Origin: Candidatus Bathyarchaeota archaeon
GTDB lineage: Archaea > Asgardarchaeota > Lokiarchaeia > Sigyniarchaeales > Sigyniarchaeaceae
NCBI GenBank assembly: GCA_014729935.1
Contig: WJJB01000085.1
Location: forward strand, 1-11,985
DNA: 11,985 nt
Direction: 5' to 3'
The notes beneath the pieces are model-generated. The model saw nothing but the letters and a program-made list of their open reading frames with translations. It did no database searches and was not told the DNA's origin. Below, piece after piece: positions 1 through 7,656 of this stretch. Every line of letters starts with the position of its first letter. The stretch's first letter is position 1. The position numbers were made by a program, and so were the translations under genes.

Positions 1-69
1 GCGCCACCCCTCGACAGCGTTGTCTTTTGACAGGCGTGATTGCTCCGCAACCGCCCTTTAGGGCTTACG

Positions 70-165
70 AGGTTTATACACAGGTTCATTTTCATTTACC
101 ATGGGAGTCTTGCCTAGCTCCTTTGCGGGAATCGCGGCTTCCCGCTTGGCTACGTTGTTCCCCGG
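70..165 (-). ncRNA. Possible omegaRNA / right-end remnant downstream of tnpB
   Basis: Located 3' of the tnpB remnant on the same strand. Contains a perfect 7-bp hairpin (GCGGGAA-GCCGCGA-TTCCCGC on the minus strand, positions 125-145). No covariance or expression evidence. Confidence 0.2.
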
Positions 166-411
166 ACCCAGCACCCGGCCGTTACCAGCCACGCACCCCG
201 GGCTATGCATCCGCACTTGTCTTGCGGTTTGGCTTCACGTATCGCCACGCTGGTGATACATGGTTCCATATTCCATTACACAGCTTCTTGTCGTACACTA
301 CCACACCCTAAACTAAAGGAGCGGGTTTTCTCTCGCAAGACGGATAAATTAGGGCAAACTTGGACATTTGCCCGGCGGGTCGATAGAGACAACCCGCGTG
401 ATTGATAATCG

Positions 412-978
412 TCAAATGGTGGCGCTCATGCCTTTTTCCATGGCTTGAGCCAGGAGAAGAGCTGAAACCCGCGCCGCCACCTCGTGCCGGTTGCCCTTCG
501 TTCCACATTTCGTGCATTCGAACGCTTAGTAATCGATGTCCTTCTTCCTCGTGCGTGCCTGCACTCCCGATTCGGCAAGGCACTCGTCGCACACCTGGCT
601 GGTGTAGGGCGAGATGGGTGTTACGTCCTCGAAGCCAGGAAGCAAGCCGGCATCCTTCAGGTCCTGCGCCCACGACGTGAATTCATCCATGAGGTCTGCC
701 CGCTTGGGCATGTACGTGATCGCGTTAGCCAGCACGCCCCGCTTGCCTCGCGTGTCCACGGCTATCGCGTCCCACGCCGCGTGTCTTGCCCCGGTTCGGT
801 GCAGGCAATACAAGTAGGTCATCAGGACCTGCCGTTCCGCGCTGGCTCTAATGTTGGCTCGCCTGCGGAAGAGAAGCGCGAACTGTGCACCTTGCCGCCC
901 TTCTTGGAGCCACGGCGGGAGCGGTACAGGCGTCCCATGAAGAAGTACAGGATCGCTGTCAAGTCGGTGATCAACCAC
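412..978 (-). pseudogene. tnpB: TnpB (IS607/IS605-type RNA-guided nuclease) C-terminal remnant, N-terminally truncated, with internal stop TAA at 526-528
   Basis: Track ORF 526..978 contains AIAVDTRGKRGVLANAITYMPKRADLMDEFTSWAQDLKDAGLLPGFEDVTPISPYTSQVCDEC, matching the TnpB RuvC-II to zinc-finger layout. Reading through the TAA in the same frame gives AFECTKCGTKGNRHEVAARVSALLLAQAMEKGMSATI*, the second CxxC and the RuvC-III region. Confidence 0.85.
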
Positions 979-1595
979 GCGTGGAGCGTTCCCTCGACCA
1001 CCGTCGGATGAATCACCTCGAGGGTGACGTCCCAGCCCGCCAGGTGCTCCTTGATGACGTTCAGCCCGAAACGCGACAGGCGGTCCTGGTAGTTCACCAC
1101 GACGACGTCGTGCTTCCCCCGGGTCACGTCCTTCAGCAGCTTGAGCAAACCCTTCCTGTTATCGTTCAAGCCGGAGCCAACGTCCCGGTACACGCCTGTG
1201 ACGCGGTATCCTGCCTTCTCGCAGTGCTTCTTCAACACTCCTTCCTGGCGATCGAGCTCGCCCGATTTCTTCTGCCGCGACGACGACACCCGGCTGTAGA
1301 TCGCGGCGCAAGCCTGTTCACCAGCCCGCGCGCCCTCCATATCATTTCCAGCGGCACCCTCGAGTAAAACGAGCACCTGCAGCCGCGAGTAACGGTGGTG
1401 GTTCCCAGCGGTCCTGTGTGACGGTTTTAAACGTCCGCTCTTGTCCCAGCGGCGAAGCGTCTTCGTGCAAACGCCGATCATCGATGCCACGGCGCCGATG
1501 CCAAGGAAACGGGATGCACGTCCCGGGATGCTTGACTTCATGACATGTAATCGCGCCTGGACGTAAAAATCCCTTGAAAATACATCCGGACTCAC
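822..1595 (-). CDS. tnpA: IS607-family TnpA serine recombinase with N-terminal MerR-like HTH
   Basis: Translation has FLGIGAVASMIGVCTKTLRRWDKSGRLKPSHRTAGNHHRYS (MerR-like DNA-binding segment), then AIYSRVSSSRQKKSGELDRQ (catalytic Ser region), and VVVVNYQDRLSRFG, TDLTAILYFFMGRLYRSRR. True start may be the internal Met of MKSSIPGRASRFLGIG. Confidence 0.9.
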   Translation of the reverse strand: MSPDVFSRDFYVQARLHVMKSSIPGRASRFLGIGAVASMIGVCTKTLRRWDKSGRLKPSHRTAGNHHRYSRLQVLVLLEGAAGNDMEGARAGEQACAAIYSRVSSSRQKKSGELDRQEGVLKKHCEKAGYRVTGVYRDVGSGLNDNRKGLLKLLKDVTRGKHDVVVVNYQDRLSRFGLNVIKEHLAGWDVTLEVIHPTVVEGTLHAWLITDLTAILYFFMGRLYRSRRGSKKGGKVHSSRFSSAGEPTLEPARNGRS

Positions 1596-1662
1596 GTGGA
1601 ATCATGTCCAAGTTTTTCTAGAAATCCCGCGACTAGTCATCGACTGTCCAGGGCGTGATTAT

Positions 1663-3072
1663 TCACTTTTTAATCTTCCTGCGGAACCTGCTCCACCACG
1701 ACATCACGGGTGCTGGTGGAATGTGGTTAAACTCACCATGGTTGTTGATCCGGGCACCCTCGGGGCACGGGTATGGAGCGCCATCCTTGAGTGGATCCTT
1801 GGTTTGCTCGAGCATTCTTTCCAATACTTCACGCAGGGATGCAAGATGGTTCGCGTGGGCTGGATCGCCGGCGAGGTTATGTTCCTCAAGTGGATCATCC
1901 ACCAAGTCGAAGAGTTCCTCAGCTTCCCTCGTGGTATTGGTCCCCTTTCGAACCCATTCCTTGTAGGATGGTCCACGCATGATATCACCAGGAATGCTAT
2001 CCACCAGCGAGATGCTTGGCTCGAATACCTTGATGTATTTAAGTTTCTTGGTTCGAACGGCTCTCATGGGGTTGTAGATATCGTGATAGGTCAATTCCGT
2101 GAATACGTATTCACGTATCTCGGTTTGCTCCTCCATTTCCCTCGATAGGAGAAGGGAAGCATAGGATTTTCCACGATAATGCCCTGCAGCAGGGATCTTG
2201 CATAGCTCGCAGATAGTAGGAGCGAAATCCACGGATGATAGCAGGGAATGAATCTTTTTTCCACGTGGAATGTGCCCTTTCCACGACCAGATCATGAGAT
2301 CGTGATTTCCCGGGTCGTATAATGTTCCCTTTGCCCTAGGATGTGCGATGCCGTGGTCTGTCGTGACGATGATGATGGTATTTTCCATGAGGCCTTTTTG
2401 ATCGAGTAATGAAAACACCTTACCCAGGAAATCATCATAGGACTCCAACGCACCGTAAAAAGCACCGAGATGCTTGCGGATCTTTGGTGTATCGGGAAGG
2501 TACCCAGGTACTTCAACATCATTGGGCGAAAACACCTGGCTCTTGTCGATGAATTTCTCCCAGCTAAGATGCACCTCCTTGGCTCCGATGGAAAGCCATG
2601 CAGGCTGGCCTCGCTCATTTGCCGATACAACCTTCTCCATTGCATCATCGACATCGTCAAGCAGTTGGTGACACATTCGCTTCCTTCTCCCGAATATTTC
2701 TTGGTATCCTATCTTTGTGCCTTCTCCTTGTACCTCATGCTGGAATCCAACAAGCATGGTCTTGTAGCCATGATTGTTGAAATGATTGAGGATGGTTTTC
2801 TCTGGATCGGTGATCTTGAACCCCCGATGGGTCAAGCCAACCAGGCCATTCTCATGGGGGAGTAAACCGGTAATGAGCGAGGATCTTGCAGGTGAGCATT
2901 GGGGCGCGGTACCGAAATGCGTGGTGAGCATGGCGCCATTACTTGCGAGTGCGTCGGTATTCGGCGTGTGCATCTTAACCGATGCTCCCGGCCCGTATTT
3001 GGCATAGCATGCAGCGGCTATTCCTTGATCATGCGTGGTGATGTACAGCACGTTTGGAAGCGATGGATTCAT
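1663..3072 (-). CDS. Sulfatase family protein (alkaline phosphatase superfamily; heparan N-sulfatase/arylsulfatase-like)
   Basis: NVLYITTHDQG near the N-terminus, QCSPARSSLITG (Cys-type sulfatase signature C-x-P-x-R), GLTHRGF, and IIIVTTDHGIAHPRAKGTLYDPG (metal-binding DHG motif). Confidence 0.93.
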   Translation of the reverse strand: MNPSLPNVLYITTHDQGIAAACYAKYGPGASVKMHTPNTDALASNGAMLTTHFGTAPQCSPARSSLITGLLPHENGLVGLTHRGFKITDPEKTILNHFNNHGYKTMLVGFQHEVQGEGTKIGYQEIFGRRKRMCHQLLDDVDDAMEKVVSANERGQPAWLSIGAKEVHLSWEKFIDKSQVFSPNDVEVPGYLPDTPKIRKHLGAFYGALESYDDFLGKVFSLLDQKGLMENTIIIVTTDHGIAHPRAKGTLYDPGNHDLMIWSWKGHIPRGKKIHSLLSSVDFAPTICELCKIPAAGHYRGKSYASLLLSREMEEQTEIREYVFTELTYHDIYNPMRAVRTKKLKYIKVFEPSISLVDSIPGDIMRGPSYKEWVRKGTNTTREAEELFDLVDDPLEEHNLAGDPAHANHLASLREVLERMLEQTKDPLKDGAPYPCPEGARINNHGEFNHIPPAPVMSWWSRFRRKIKK

Positions 3073-3164
3073 GATTGATTCACAGGTACAAATCCTACCC
3101 GGGTACTTTTAACTTGTATGGCGATGAGACCCCAGCCGTGCAGTCCTAAAATTGAGTTCTCCCG

Positions 3165-3968
3165 TCACCGTTTCATGGCGAGTGGCTCGTGTAGTATCCC
3201 CAGTTCATTGAGATTCTCCTGGATCTCCAGCACGATACCTTTCGATATTGCCTCGATGATTTGCTCGCCCCTTTTTGCGCTGCACACACTTTCGTCCAGT
3301 AGATCCGTGTTCCAATCCCAAGATTCTGGTTCACGGATGATTTCATCGTCCACGTGCTCGTACCGGGGAACCGTTTCCACGCCCTTCTCGAAGCACCCTA
3401 GGTCCACGAGTGGCATATCCCATGCCTCCGCGATTCTCATGAGCATGGATGTCTCGAATTCCCTTGCATGATCACCACCGAAAACGTGAGGAACCATATC
3501 TGGAGGCTTGCAACCAACCAAGCGCACCTCCAATCCCTTTCGTTTCGCCCAGGCACGCGCCTCCTTCAGGGCACCATGCAACGCCTTCATCTGGTGCTGA
3601 CCGTAATGGCCGCTAAGTATGAAGACAACCTTGAAACCTATCTTCATTAATTCCTTGTATAGCTTCAAGAACACGCCTCGGGTGAGGTCATCATCAAAGC
3701 AGACCGTGCCCGGATACCGGATGAACCCATACGTCCCCACCCAGTTCACCGGGAATAATGCACCGCCATCCAAGAGGGTGATCGCCCGCTCGCAGATGTA
3801 TCGAGCTTTAAGTCCATCCAAACCCACCGCATTGTGCTCGCCATGCCATTCCAACAATCCTGATGGTTGTATCGCAACGGGACACGAAGATTGGATGATC
3901 GCCTGAATTTTCGAAAGCCGCATGAACTCGTACCTGAAATGATTGATGCTTGGATCCATGATTAACAC
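3165..3968 (-). CDS. Creatininase-family amidohydrolase
   Basis: PSGLLEWHGEHNAVGLD matches the family G-x-x-EWHGxHx...xxD motif, and VVFILSGHYGQHQ matches the GHxG motif. Start is GTG at 3968 or in-frame ATG at 3959. Confidence 0.85.
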   Translation of the reverse strand: MLIMDPSINHFRYEFMRLSKIQAIIQSSCPVAIQPSGLLEWHGEHNAVGLDGLKARYICERAITLLDGGALFPVNWVGTYGFIRYPGTVCFDDDLTRGVFLKLYKELMKIGFKVVFILSGHYGQHQMKALHGALKEARAWAKRKGLEVRLVGCKPPDMVPHVFGGDHAREFETSMLMRIAEAWDMPLVDLGCFEKGVETVPRYEHVDDEIIREPESWDWNTDLLDESVCSAKRGEQIIEAISKGIVLEIQENLNELGILHEPLAMKR

Positions 3969-3971
3969 ATC

Positions 3972-5006
3972 CTATTGCGTGAAATGATGTTCCAGTATCT
4001 TTATTAGGAAGATCATGATGCATGAAATAACAAGAGAAATGATGAAAGAGGGTAAATTTCCCTTTTCCTTCTCGGGAATGACCTCCCGCATCGTCGTGTA
4101 TAAAATCGAGCCACTGATGAATGAGAAAAGGATGTAAATGAATTCCAGGTTGATCCCGACCGTGAAATCAATGATCAAGCTCATTATCACGCCAATCGGC
4201 GCTGCTAGGGAAAGGATTATCTTGCGCTTTCGCGGGACCCTGTATTGCATCTCGATATCCAAGTCCGAAAAAATGCGATTCCTGCTTTCCACGTGGGCAA
4301 CCACTGCCATCAAGAACGCGAACAAGAAAAACAGCAATCCTTGCACCAAGTTCACCAGCAACAAGCTACTCATCAATATACCCATTATCAAGTGGTAAAA
4401 TGCCTCGATAAACGCGTGGGTTTTTTCGAGCAGGTCCGATAGGTGATCCTGCAATTTTGTCTTGATCTCCTTCATTTCCTCCTTAATCTCATTTTCCTCC
4501 TCGATAGCGTCAGCCATGATATCTGCAATATTGCGAATGGTGTAATCATTTAGGCTATCAGTCTTGATCCCTTCTCGCAATATTTGAGCAAGCCTTGTTT
4601 CGCCTTGATCCATTTCATCTTTCTTGCGCATAAGTTCAAGGACCTTCTCGCGAGTTTGTACCTCGGCATGTTGCACGATGAATTTCTCGATGACGTGGGT
4701 GAATACAACCCCGCCAAGGACAAACAGGTATTCGAAAGCAGGCAGGTCGAACGGGAACCTTGGTAACCCCATGGAGACCTCGGGAAGCACAACGAGGAAG
4801 AAATACGCGAGAGATATCCCGGCTATGATGGAAGGCTTGATCTTAATCTTCTCGTTGTACAGGTCAACGAAATAAAACAACGTGGCCAAGACCATCGATA
4901 AGATAACGGGAACCGCCAAATTGTTGCTCATCGCGTCTCCCGGTGACCATGGCAGATATGATTTTAATATCTTGCGCTTCATGGATAAGCCATAGGTGTA
5001 ATACAT
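3972..5006 (-). CDS. Multi-pass membrane protein, ZIP metal-transporter-like, with a central charged coiled-coil-like segment
   Basis: Hydrophobic segments separated by a charged block (VQTREKVLELMRKKDEMDQGE...ENEIKEEMKEIKTKLQDHLSDLLEKT). SLAYFFLVVLPE and the C-terminal LFSFISGSILYTTMREVIPE...FIISLVISCIMIFLI resemble ZIP-family helices. True start may be a downstream Met. Confidence 0.6.
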   Translation of the reverse strand: MYYTYGLSMKRKILKSYLPWSPGDAMSNNLAVPVILSMVLATLFYFVDLYNEKIKIKPSIIAGISLAYFFLVVLPEVSMGLPRFPFDLPAFEYLFVLGGVVFTHVIEKFIVQHAEVQTREKVLELMRKKDEMDQGETRLAQILREGIKTDSLNDYTIRNIADIMADAIEEENEIKEEMKEIKTKLQDHLSDLLEKTHAFIEAFYHLIMGILMSSLLLVNLVQGLLFFLFAFLMAVVAHVESRNRIFSDLDIEMQYRVPRKRKIILSLAAPIGVIMSLIIDFTVGINLEFIYILFSFISGSILYTTMREVIPEKEKGNLPSFIISLVISCIMIFLIKILEHHFTQ

Positions 5007-5015
5007 GAGATTTCG

Positions 5016-5625
5016 ATGGAACTGCGTGGAGATATGGTGGTGTATACAGGGAACCCCCGCCTGAAATCACGAAAACGAGCATCATGCCCAAGGATGTCGT
5101 TAATGAATCACGCAATTTGTACTGGGAGTCACGCGGGTACCCACGTGGACACGCCCAGGCACGTGCAGCGGGGAGGCGGGGGCATCCATCCCTCCCCTTG
5201 GAAAGCTTTCACGGTCCATGCCAGGTTCTCGATCTCTGCGAGCTTCCCCTGGAGATCCATGCTGCCGATCTCGAATCCTTTGAAATAACCAGCGGGGAGA
5301 TCATCCTGCTGAAAACCAAGAACTCCCTCCGTGGTTATGAAACCTTCAGGAGGGATTTCGTGCCTGTGAAGCTCGACGCCACCCGATTCTTGATAGAAAA
5401 GGGGGTGAAAACTCTTGGAGTTGATTACTTGAGCGTGAAGAAATTCGGGGTGATGAGGAGGTTCATGACACCATTATCGGTGCCATGCCCTTGTTCGAGG
5501 GATTAGTCCTGTCCAAGGTACAGCCAAGAATGTATATTTTTTACGGATTGCCACTTGCGGTGGATTGTGATGGTGGGCCGGCGCGTAGCATCTTGATCGA
5601 GCCCTACGCACCTCCCGGTGTTTAG
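5016..5625 (+). pseudogene. Cyclase family protein (kynurenine formamidase-like), frameshifted twice
   Basis: Frame A (from 5016): VYTGNPRL...GSHAGTHVDTPRHVQRGGGGIH. Frame B (track ORF 5084..5506): LPLESFHGPCQVLDLCELPLEIHAADLESFEITSGEIILLKTKNS...FLIEKGVKTLGVDYLSVKKFG. Frame C (about 5443-5625): GDEEVHDTIIGAMPLFEGLVLSKVQPRMYIFYGLPLAVDCDGGPARSILIEPYAPPGV*. Together these rebuild a complete cyclase domain. Confidence 0.85.
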
Positions 5626-5718
5626 ATCTCTCCGTGAATGTCCCCATGACATTCTCCTTTCTTCCTTCATGAACAGCCGATGCTTTTGAAAAATGAACAA
5701 GGGAAGAAATGCAAACGG

Positions 5719-5967
5719 TTAGGAGGGATGCTGGTTGCGCCAGCGTTCCCTGAGCATGATATCCAACCGGTAGTGAGTATCAATGCGATCCTTGAAGGCA
5801 GGTCGCCCCACGCGTGTGGGGCCAACCACGAGCTCCTTGCCTGTCTCTCGCTTGTCAGTGTAGCCGCAAAGCCGGCAATGGTATATGATAATTCCCCCCG
5901 AGTGACGATTCGGTGGAAAGCTTTCGAAATCCGTATTCACGGAGTTACATCGTGGGCACGTGGGCAT
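5719..5967 (-). CDS. Small zinc-ribbon protein (82 aa)
   Basis: MPTCPRCNSVNTDFESFPPNRHSGGIIIYHCRLCGYTDKRE: two CxxC knuckles (CPRC, CRLC) in a zinc-ribbon arrangement; same strand as and just downstream of the 6039..7328 gene. Confidence 0.6.
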   Translation of the reverse strand: MPTCPRCNSVNTDFESFPPNRHSGGIIIYHCRLCGYTDKRETGKELVVGPTRVGRPAFKDRIDTHYRLDIMLRERWRNQHPS

Positions 5968-6038
5968 GATTCATCACGGATACACCCGCTATCTTCCTTT
6001 TTAAATGGAGTATCACTGGGGTATATATCATGCCTTGC

Positions 6039-7328
6039 CTACCTTTTCAGCTTGGTTGCTTGCTTTCTCGGCCGATTCTTCACCCGGATCCTCGCGATTA
6101 CCCAAGTGTCGAAAGCGAGGTTGGTTCCAAGCACGATATACCCGTCCCATGGAACCATCGTGGACCGGGATGGTGGATCGTCAGCCATTGATAGAATGCT
6201 GGCCGCGGTTGCATTTACCATACGGATGGCGGACGGGGCGAACATGCCGAAGACCCATGGGAAATCTCGCTGGATGTTGCTGGTGTAGTAACACATGTAC
6301 ACGGAGCCATTCCCTTTCACGATACCGGGATACGACGTGTCTCCCGCGCTGGGCAAGTCGGTGAGATATACCAATTTTCCTGGTAGCACCTCATAAATCC
6401 CGGTTCGCTTCTTGGAGAAAATGCCACCACTGCGTGTTAGAAATACATCCATTTCAGGTTGATACCGCCCCACCGCGAAGGTCCTACCACCCAAGGAAAA
6501 CAAGCGGGGACCATCCAACCTGGCAACACGAGATCTCTGCTTGTACCACGTGGTGAATGGAGGATCCGCAATGGCAACCAGCGTGCTTGCGTGAATGGAA
6601 CCAATGCCAGTATCGGCACGGTATTCCAACCTGGCAGTGCAGATCATGCTCCCATTTGGCAAGAATTCCACTGCAGTCTCGTCATTGCCCTCACCCTGGT
6701 GAATCTGGGAAACCATCGTCCAATTCTTACCATCGGTGGATGTGAACAGGGCGGATTTTCCATGCTCGTGCCAGTATGCCGGGACATACCAGGTAACATT
6801 ATCGGGGGACTTGGCACGCCAGAATAACCAACCATCGTGTTCAATATCCTCCCAATCTTGCCATGTTTCACCATCATCAGACCAGGAAAAAATGGTGCCG
6901 TAGGGATCGGCGATTGGGTCGTCAACCTTATTCCGCAATGCGTACAGGAATAATTTGCCTCCAATATTGGCAAATTTAGGATCCCTGATATCCTCTCCCT
7001 CTGAATGTAACTCCACCAGCTTCGTCCATTCCTGCATGTCATGCGAGCGCCAGATGACCAGCCTGCACTTGGTCGAACCCATGTGGTAGGGAGAGGAGGC
7101 ATGCACCATGTAAATAGACCCATTCCACCACGTCATGTCGGTGTTGGAATTGTGCAGTCCATCGTTTACTGCATCATAATCATTATATTCAAGATCTGGA
7201 TTGAGACGGTAGCCCGCGGGTCTCGCGAGCCATTCCAAGGAGAGAGTTCCAAGATAAATTCCCACAAAGGCAAAACCCACACCGACATGTATGAGCCTTC
7301 GACGCAGCTTTTTCTTCATCTTCATCAC
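6039..7328 (-). CDS. Membrane-anchored, extracellular BNR/sialidase- or glycosidase-like beta-propeller protein
   Basis: N-terminal KKKLRRR plus one hydrophobic helix (LIHVGVGFAFVGIYLGTLSLEWL), then repeated propeller-like strands such as RLVIWRSHDMQEWTKLVE, GTIFSWSDDGETWQDWED and SALFTSTDGKNWTMVSQ (S/T-x-D-G-x-x-W Asp-box-like), and several N-x-S/T sequons. Confidence 0.7.
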   Translation of the reverse strand: MMKMKKKLRRRLIHVGVGFAFVGIYLGTLSLEWLARPAGYRLNPDLEYNDYDAVNDGLHNSNTDMTWWNGSIYMVHASSPYHMGSTKCRLVIWRSHDMQEWTKLVELHSEGEDIRDPKFANIGGKLFLYALRNKVDDPIADPYGTIFSWSDDGETWQDWEDIEHDGWLFWRAKSPDNVTWYVPAYWHEHGKSALFTSTDGKNWTMVSQIHQGEGNDETAVEFLPNGSMICTARLEYRADTGIGSIHASTLVAIADPPFTTWYKQRSRVARLDGPRLFSLGGRTFAVGRYQPEMDVFLTRSGGIFSKKRTGIYEVLPGKLVYLTDLPSAGDTSYPGIVKGNGSVYMCYYTSNIQRDFPWVFGMFAPSAIRMVNATAASILSMADDPPSRSTMVPWDGYIVLGTNLAFDTWVIARIRVKNRPRKQATKLKR

Positions 7329-7370
7329 GAGAGTTGAAATTCAAACACTGTACTCCATTCCCTCCCATTC

Positions 7371-7382
7371 TTAAAAATATTT
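7371..7382 (-). promoter_or_regulatory. Putative archaeal TATA-like element for the 6039..7328 gene
   Basis: Minus strand reads GAAATATTTTTAAGAAT, AT-rich, about 43 nt upstream of the start at 7328; only meaningful if the genome is archaeal. Confidence 0.3.
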
Positions 7383-7548
7383 CAACCCAACAACGGGGAG
7401 GGCGAAAGACTCCCAGTAGAATCATGAAGGTTGCAGGAATTCCAAATGATAACAGGGAATCCCGCATGCGGAAAAATCGGAGGGATTTTCCAAGTCTCAT
7501 TCGATGGAGGATGCACGCGGGAACCCGTGGTGAGCTATAGGATATCTG

Positions 7549-7560
7549 TGATATATATAG
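7549..7560 (+). promoter_or_regulatory. Putative TATA-like element upstream of the ABC exporter pair
   Basis: Plus strand tgatatatatag in the divergent intergenic region, about 100-130 nt before the possible starts at 7657 or 7690. Confidence 0.2.
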
Positions 7561-7656
7561 CTTTCACCACTCGATCGAGATACATGCGATTTCCTTTGAG
7601 AGAATATCGATGATTCGTGGTTTCGTCCAGAAGTGCAAAATGGCTAAACCGTCGGA

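Larger units (their letters stand above)
60..1650 (-). mobile_element. Decayed IS607-family insertion sequence (serine recombinase plus tnpB remnant); outer boundaries approximate and not defined by identified ends
   Basis: MerR-like HTH/serine resolvase ORF followed by a TnpB C-terminal fragment on the same strand, the usual tnpA-tnpB order of IS607 elements. Ends were not resolved. Confidence 0.65.

Noticed and set aside
27-405. Plus-strand ORFs 27..311 and 205..405 as genes
   Set aside because: No motif, low-complexity Pro/Arg/Ser content, and they lie in the flank of the decayed element.
412-528. Stop-codon reassignment or recoding explaining the TAA in tnpB
   Set aside because: TAA is not a known readthrough codon for Pyl or Sec, and the other genes use standard stops. 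The N-terminal truncation also shows that the gene is already damaged.
308-673. Minus-strand ORF of 121 aa as a separate protein
   Set aside because: It reads the tnpB remnant region in the wrong frame; the recognisable TnpB C-terminus is in the frame of ORF 526..978 continued through the TAA.
484-1011. Plus-strand ORF of 175 aa across the IS607 region
   Set aside because: Lies antisense to recognisable TnpA and TnpB coding sequence and has no motif of its own; long antisense ORFs are common in GC-rich genes.
885-1367. Plus-strand 160-aa ORF opposite tnpA
   Set aside because: Antisense to a confidently assigned recombinase, no independent support.
5165-5452. Programmed ribosomal frameshifting in the cyclase gene
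   Set aside because: Two separate shifts would be needed, there is no clear slippery heptamer with a downstream structure, and the second site is a plain G-run. Decay or sequencing error is simpler.
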